A stretch of DNA of 55,589 nucleotides from a virus (Duplodnaviria > Caudoviricetes): IMG/VR virus record IMGVR_UViG_3300030107_006898, positions 1 through 55,589 of that record, one strand, 5' to 3'. The translations under genes were made by a program, and so were the position numbers. The number at the start of each line of letters is the position of its first letter. Position 1 is the first letter of the stretch. The notes beneath the pieces were generated by a model. The model saw nothing but the letters and a program-made list of their open reading frames with translations, was not told where the DNA came from and made no database searches. This document shows, in pieces, positions 51,168 to 55,589 of this stretch.

Positions 51168-52625
51168 ATGGCTAGTTCATACACAACAAACTTCTCCATT
51201 GAGAAAATGGCGACTGGTGATCAGTCGGGAACTTGGGGAACAACAACAAATCACAATTTTGACATCATCGATCGGATTGTGTCTTATAAGTCTGTTGCCA
51301 TAACAACAAATGCAGATACGCACACTCTGACTGTCAGGGAAGCCTCCCCCGGTTCCGGCACCGAGAATCTTCAGGATGGCATGTACCGTGTTATTAAATT
51401 TACGGGTGCTCTGGACTCAAATTGCACAGTAACAATAGCCCCAAACACAGCAGGTGCTTTCTTCATAATCATAAACTCAACCACAGACTCAGGCTCTAGC
51501 GGTCCTTATTCTCTTATATTGAGCCAAGGAAGTGGAGCGAATGTTACTGTTGCGAATGGCAAGTCTGCAGTTGTCTATTGCGATGGGGCTGGCTCTGGCG
51601 CTGCTGTTGTTAATGCTCTGAGTGCACCAATATTCGGATCAACTTTAACAATTGGCGATGGAACTGCTGAAGACACCAAACTTGTTTACGACGGAAATGC
51701 CAAAGACTTTTACATGGGTCTTGATGATAGCGCCGACAAGTTAGTTGTTGGTGTTGGATCGGCAGTCGGGACCAACTCAATTCTTACTTTAGATGACGAT
51801 TCTGTGACCATTGGCGATGGTGCAGCTGCAGACACAAAATTAGTTTACGATGGCAATGCCAAAGATTTCTATGTCGGATTGGACGACAGCGCAGATGTTC
51901 TAATTATAGGTGAAGGATCAACAGTTGGGACAAATCCAATCCTCACTTTGACTGATGATTCAGTAACTGTCGGTGATGGTGCAGCTGCTGATACTAAGAT
52001 TGTTTACGATGGCAATGCTAAAGATTTCTATGTTGGCCTAGATGATAGTGCCGACAAACTTGTAATTGGTGTTGGTTCCACTGTCGGAACTAACTCAATA
52101 TTAACGCTTGATGATGACTCTGTAACAGTTGGTGATGGGGCAGCTGTTGATACAAAGATTGTATTTGATGGCAATGCTCAGGATTATTATATTGGCCTTG
52201 ACGACAGTGCTGATGATCTTGTTATTGGCTTGGGGTCAGCTGTTGGGACAACACCAGCAATATCAATAGACGAAAACCAAGTAACAACATTTGGCAAGGC
52301 AACTGTTGGTGCGACTCTTACAGACACATCAAACACAGGCAGTGTAACACTAGACTTTCAAACCAGCCAAAATTTCGTTTTGACGCTTACCGGGAATGTG
52401 ACGCTTGCCAACCCATCAACAGAAGCTGTTGGCCAGTCTGGCATCATGGTTTTCATTCAAGATGGGACTGGCTCCCGGACTTTGTCTCTTGGAACTGACT
52501 ATGAGACAGCAGGTGGTGCCGGGATAACTTTGAGTACAGCAGCGAGTGCAGTTGATGTTGTCCCTTACTTTGTAAAGGCTGCTGGCAGCATTCAACTTGG
52601 CGCTCCACAGAAGGCTTTTGCGTAA
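51168..52625 (+). CDS. Tail fibre protein with four 53-aa repeats
   Basis: GTWG..TN.N anchor; internal repeats; LANP...GQSG...QD.TG.RT C-terminal domain. Confidence 0.7.
   Translation: MASSYTTNFSIEKMATGDQSGTWGTTTNHNFDIIDRIVSYKSVAITTNADTHTLTVREASPGSGTENLQDGMYRVIKFTGALDSNCTVTIAPNTAGAFFIIINSTTDSGSSGPYSLILSQGSGANVTVANGKSAVVYCDGAGSGAAVVNALSAPIFGSTLTIGDGTAEDTKLVYDGNAKDFYMGLDDSADKLVVGVGSAVGTNSILTLDDDSVTIGDGAAADTKLVYDGNAKDFYVGLDDSADVLIIGEGSTVGTNPILTLTDDSVTVGDGAAADTKIVYDGNAKDFYVGLDDSADKLVIGVGSTVGTNSILTLDDDSVTVGDGAAVDTKIVFDGNAQDYYIGLDDSADDLVIGLGSAVGTTPAISIDENQVTTFGKATVGATLTDTSNTGSVTLDFQTSQNFVLTLTGNVTLANPSTEAVGQSGIMVFIQDGTGSRTLSLGTDYETAGGAGITLSTAASAVDVVPYFVKAAGSIQLGAPQKAFA
51648..52280 (+). repeat. Four tandem 159-nt coding repeats
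   Basis: (I/V)GDG units begin at 51651, 51810, 51969, 52128. Confidence 0.85.
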
Positions 52626-55169
52626 ATGGTAACATCTCCCGCATCATTTTTTATGGCTAGTGGTGAAGCTTCATTTGATTCAACTTTAATTGGTAATTCA
52701 ATTTGGTTGAATGGTTCTGATGATTACCTTACTAAAACTCCATCTAGTGCTGGTAATAGAACTAGGTGGACACTTGCATGGTGGTTTCAGTTAAATAAAT
52801 TTTCAACAGAAATGGCGTTTTTTTCTGCAAATACTAGCACTAATGAATTTCGCATTGCTTTTGAAGCAACGGGACAGTTGATGGTTCAAGATGATAATGC
52901 ATCTATGAATCTGTTAACATCAGCGTTGCTTAGAGATGTTGGTTGGTATCATTGCATTGTAAGTTTTGACAGCAATGCTGCTGAAACCTCAAGGCTAAAA
53001 ATCTACATAAATGGAAGTGAGCAAACTCTAACGACTGGGTCAGCAGCATGGCCGTCAAGCGCCGGAGAAACATTTTGGAACAATAACCAAGCTAACGAAA
53101 TTGGTAGACGTTCAAGAACAACATCTGTTTACATGAATGCATATATGACTCAAGTATGTTTTTTAGATGCAGACTCTATACAAAATGGTGATGTAGCTGT
53201 TTCAGATTTTTTAGATACATTTACATTTGGCACTAACGGTTCACAGTTTATTCCTAAGAAAGATAGTGAGATTGCTGCTCTAGCCAGTGCTGCTGGTGCT
53301 AATAGTTTCTGTCTTGATTTTTCAGCTAGTTCAGATTTGGGCAACGACATCAGTTCAAAAAATAATGATTTCTCTCCTCAAAACATGAGCAGTGTTAATC
53401 AGTCAATACATACACCTAGTAATGTTTATCCAAAAATTTCAGAAATTGGAAGACCTAGTGGTAGTACTGCTGCAAGCTATTCTATGTCAAATGGTAGTAA
53501 CCGTATGACATATAGCGGCGCTGCTCAAGCAGCTTTTGGACTTGTTTCTGATAAAGTAATACAAGCTGATGATCCTAAAATTTATTGGGAGTTTTATGTT
53601 GAAGCTGGTTCTATTGGTGGATCAAGTGGTGGCAGATTAGGTAACGGAATTGTTGTTCCACAGTTTAATGCTAATCAATCTAATGGTTTTTATGGGTCTG
53701 GGGGTGAATCAGCATATTTTCAACGAGATGCCATGTACGATAATGGTAGTGCTTCGGTTTCGGGTTTAACGCCTGTAGCAGTTGGCGGGTTTCAACAGAT
53801 GGCGTTTGAACCATCAACTGGAAAAGTTTGGATTGGGCAAGACGGCACATGGAGAAATGGTTCTGCAACAGCTAGTACTACACTAAATATTGATAACCAT
53901 GATGACCAACTAACAGTTCAAGATTATATCTTTGTAATAGGTTTGCAAAGGTCGGGTGATATTGGAGTTATAAACTTTGGTGATAATCCAACTTTCTCTG
54001 GGAATGAAACTGCTGGAACAAACGCTGATGAAAATGGACATGGGCTTTTTAAATATGCCGTACCATCTGGGTTTTTAGCACCTTGTTCTGCAAACCTAAC
54101 TGGACCAGAAAATCAAGGCGTAGATTATTTTCAACCTGTAACATATACGGGTAACGGCTCTGTAAGATCAATTTCAACTGACATTGATCCAGCTTGGGTG
54201 TGGCTTAAAAATCGTTCTCAAGATGATGAGCATAAGCTGGTAGACGTTGTACGAGGGGCTACAAAGGAACTGTCAAGTGACTCAACTGCGGAAGAAAGCA
54301 CAGACACTAATGGCCTTACTGCCTTTGGCACTGGATCGTTTTCTCTGGGAAGTGGAGCCAACGGATATAACGATAACACTGAAAATTTTGTAGCATGGTG
54401 TTGGCAAGCAAGCACTGCATGGTCTAACGATGCAAGCGCAACTAGCATAGGCAATCTTGATTCAAGTGGTCGCGTCAGTGCGAGTGATTCGTTTTCTATT
54501 ATCTCTTACACAGGCGGTGGAAATGCGGGAGACAGTATAAAACATGGCATGAGCGGAGCGCCCGAGTTCTTCTTTACAAAAGAAAGCAGTCACGATGAAC
54601 GCGGATGGCTAACCTACCATGAGTATTCTGCCAGCGACCCAGAAACAGATTTTGGCAGATTAGAATCTGATGCGGTTTGGGACGATGATACTACCCTTTG
54701 GAATGATACAAAACCAACCAGTAGTGTTATTACATTAGGACTAAGTACTGAAGTAAATGCCAGTGGAGAACCGTTTATAATGTACGCCTTTAGATCAGTG
54801 CCGGGTGTATGTAAAGTAGGAAGCTATGTAGGTAACGGTAGTTCTACTGTTCCTCCGTATGTTCACTTGGGATTTCGTCCAAGATTTGTTATTTTTAAAA
54901 ATGCTCCAGTTGCCAGAGACTGGGTAATAACTGACACAGCAAGATCACCATCAAACCCTGCTGAACTGTTTCTTTTTCCAAATGATGAAGATGCAGAAGC
55001 TGCAAGAGGACCAGCGAGTGGAAGTGATTATGATATTGATTTATTAGCTGAAGGCTTTCGCCCACTGACTGGCGATAGCGCACCTAATGGTAACGGTAAT
55101 ATTATTCTATATATGGCTATGGCAGATATAGGCGGCAATGGAATACTACCACCAATCTACGGAAGATAG
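52626..55169 (+). CDS. Tail fibre/receptor-binding protein with ConA/LamG-like and SPRY-like lectin domains
   Basis: WT.AWW, RD..WYH.IV.FD, YWEF, NFG, YTGNG, V.WCW, G.Y.GNG, GFRP..V..K. Confidence 0.75.
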   Translation: MVTSPASFFMASGEASFDSTLIGNSIWLNGSDDYLTKTPSSAGNRTRWTLAWWFQLNKFSTEMAFFSANTSTNEFRIAFEATGQLMVQDDNASMNLLTSALLRDVGWYHCIVSFDSNAAETSRLKIYINGSEQTLTTGSAAWPSSAGETFWNNNQANEIGRRSRTTSVYMNAYMTQVCFLDADSIQNGDVAVSDFLDTFTFGTNGSQFIPKKDSEIAALASAAGANSFCLDFSASSDLGNDISSKNNDFSPQNMSSVNQSIHTPSNVYPKISEIGRPSGSTAASYSMSNGSNRMTYSGAAQAAFGLVSDKVIQADDPKIYWEFYVEAGSIGGSSGGRLGNGIVVPQFNANQSNGFYGSGGESAYFQRDAMYDNGSASVSGLTPVAVGGFQQMAFEPSTGKVWIGQDGTWRNGSATASTTLNIDNHDDQLTVQDYIFVIGLQRSGDIGVINFGDNPTFSGNETAGTNADENGHGLFKYAVPSGFLAPCSANLTGPENQGVDYFQPVTYTGNGSVRSISTDIDPAWVWLKNRSQDDEHKLVDVVRGATKELSSDSTAEESTDTNGLTAFGTGSFSLGSGANGYNDNTENFVAWCWQASTAWSNDASATSIGNLDSSGRVSASDSFSIISYTGGGNAGDSIKHGMSGAPEFFFTKESSHDERGWLTYHEYSASDPETDFGRLESDAVWDDDTTLWNDTKPTSSVITLGLSTEVNASGEPFIMYAFRSVPGVCKVGSYVGNGSSTVPPYVHLGFRPRFVIFKNAPVARDWVITDTARSPSNPAELFLFPNDEDAEAARGPASGSDYDIDLLAEGFRPLTGDSAPNGNGNIILYMAMADIGGNGILPPIYGR

Positions 55170-55589
55170 GAGAATACAATGTGGGCAAGAATTGAAGATG
55201 GTAAAATAGTACAAACTCTTTCTACACCTAAATCTTTAACGATTAATGGTGTGCAATATCCAGTATCTATTTTTACAACTGCTTGGACAGATGCAGAAAG
55301 AAAAGCTATTGGTATAGTTCCTTATGTATATGAAGGTAGCTTGGTAGACAATATGTTTTATTCTACATCTGAATCTGCTCCCTCTGTTCAAGAAGATAAG
55401 GTTGTTGTAACTAGAACAAAAAAAGAAAGAGATGTAGCTAAAATCAAAGAAGCAATGCAATCTCATGTGTCTTCTACTCTTTCAAACTATCTTGAGCAAA
55501 CTGATTGGATTGTTATCAGAGAGCAAGACAACGGGACTGCCAAGCCAGCAGACCTTTCAAAGTGGCGTACAGACCTAAGAGCAAGGGCT
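55015..55589 (+). repeat. Diverged terminal redundancy, copy 2
   Basis: Colinear with 1..575. Confidence 0.9.
55179..55589 (+). CDS. Tail fibre assembly-like protein, second allele of 165..716 (partial)
   Basis: MWARIEDGKIVQTLSTPK...ERKAIGIVPYVYEGS; runs off window end. Confidence 0.85.
   Translation, partial: MWARIEDGKIVQTLSTPKSLTINGVQYPVSIFTTAWTDAERKAIGIVPYVYEGSLVDNMFYSTSESAPSVQEDKVVVTRTKKERDVAKIKEAMQSHVSSTLSNYLEQTDWIVIREQDNGTAKPADLSKWRTDLRARA

Noticed and set aside
1-55589. Prophage/lysogeny module, tRNAs, introns or inteins
   Set aside because: No integrase, repressor pair or host flanks. No cloverleaf with a T-loop in intergenic regions. DnaE, TerL and helicases are of normal length and uninterrupted.

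Overview
This window is an apparently complete (~55.0 kb unit length), circularly permuted genome of a tailed dsDNA phage with a podovirus-type virion module. The host is probably an aquatic alphaproteobacterium, inferred from the extended AGAAAGGA ribosome-binding sites. The + strand carries early genes including ArdC (30.7-32.2 kb), then TerS/TerL, portal, GroES, scaffold, major capsid, tail and fibre genes (32.4-55.6 kb). This block continues at 1-10.7 kb with lysis, tail tube and internal/ejection proteins. The - strand (10.7-30.4 kb) carries replication genes: AEP primase, UvrD and SNF2 helicases, DnaE, a DnaQ-like exonuclease, an SSB-like protein and a DenV-like glycosylase. No integrase, RNA polymerase, tRNA or CRISPR array was recognised. 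Most interesting: (1) a translationally coupled array of six ORFs between portal and GroES that share an N-terminal MAGKGK(F/I)G leader (extended to GALxxLxD in five) but carry unrelated payloads (ART-like, ParB-like, two with twin-arginine motifs), interleaved with a signal-less beta-barrel-like ORF, a candidate tagged polymorphic virion-cargo system; (2) a candidate thymidine-hypermodification operon next to DnaE (variant ThyX, HAD, Nmad-like, SDR, VOC, flavoenzyme); (3) structured intergenic RNAs in front of replication genes; (4) repeated IHF-site/promoter/RBS cassettes; (5) a diverged 575-nt terminal redundancy. All family assignments come from motif recognition by eye, not database searches.
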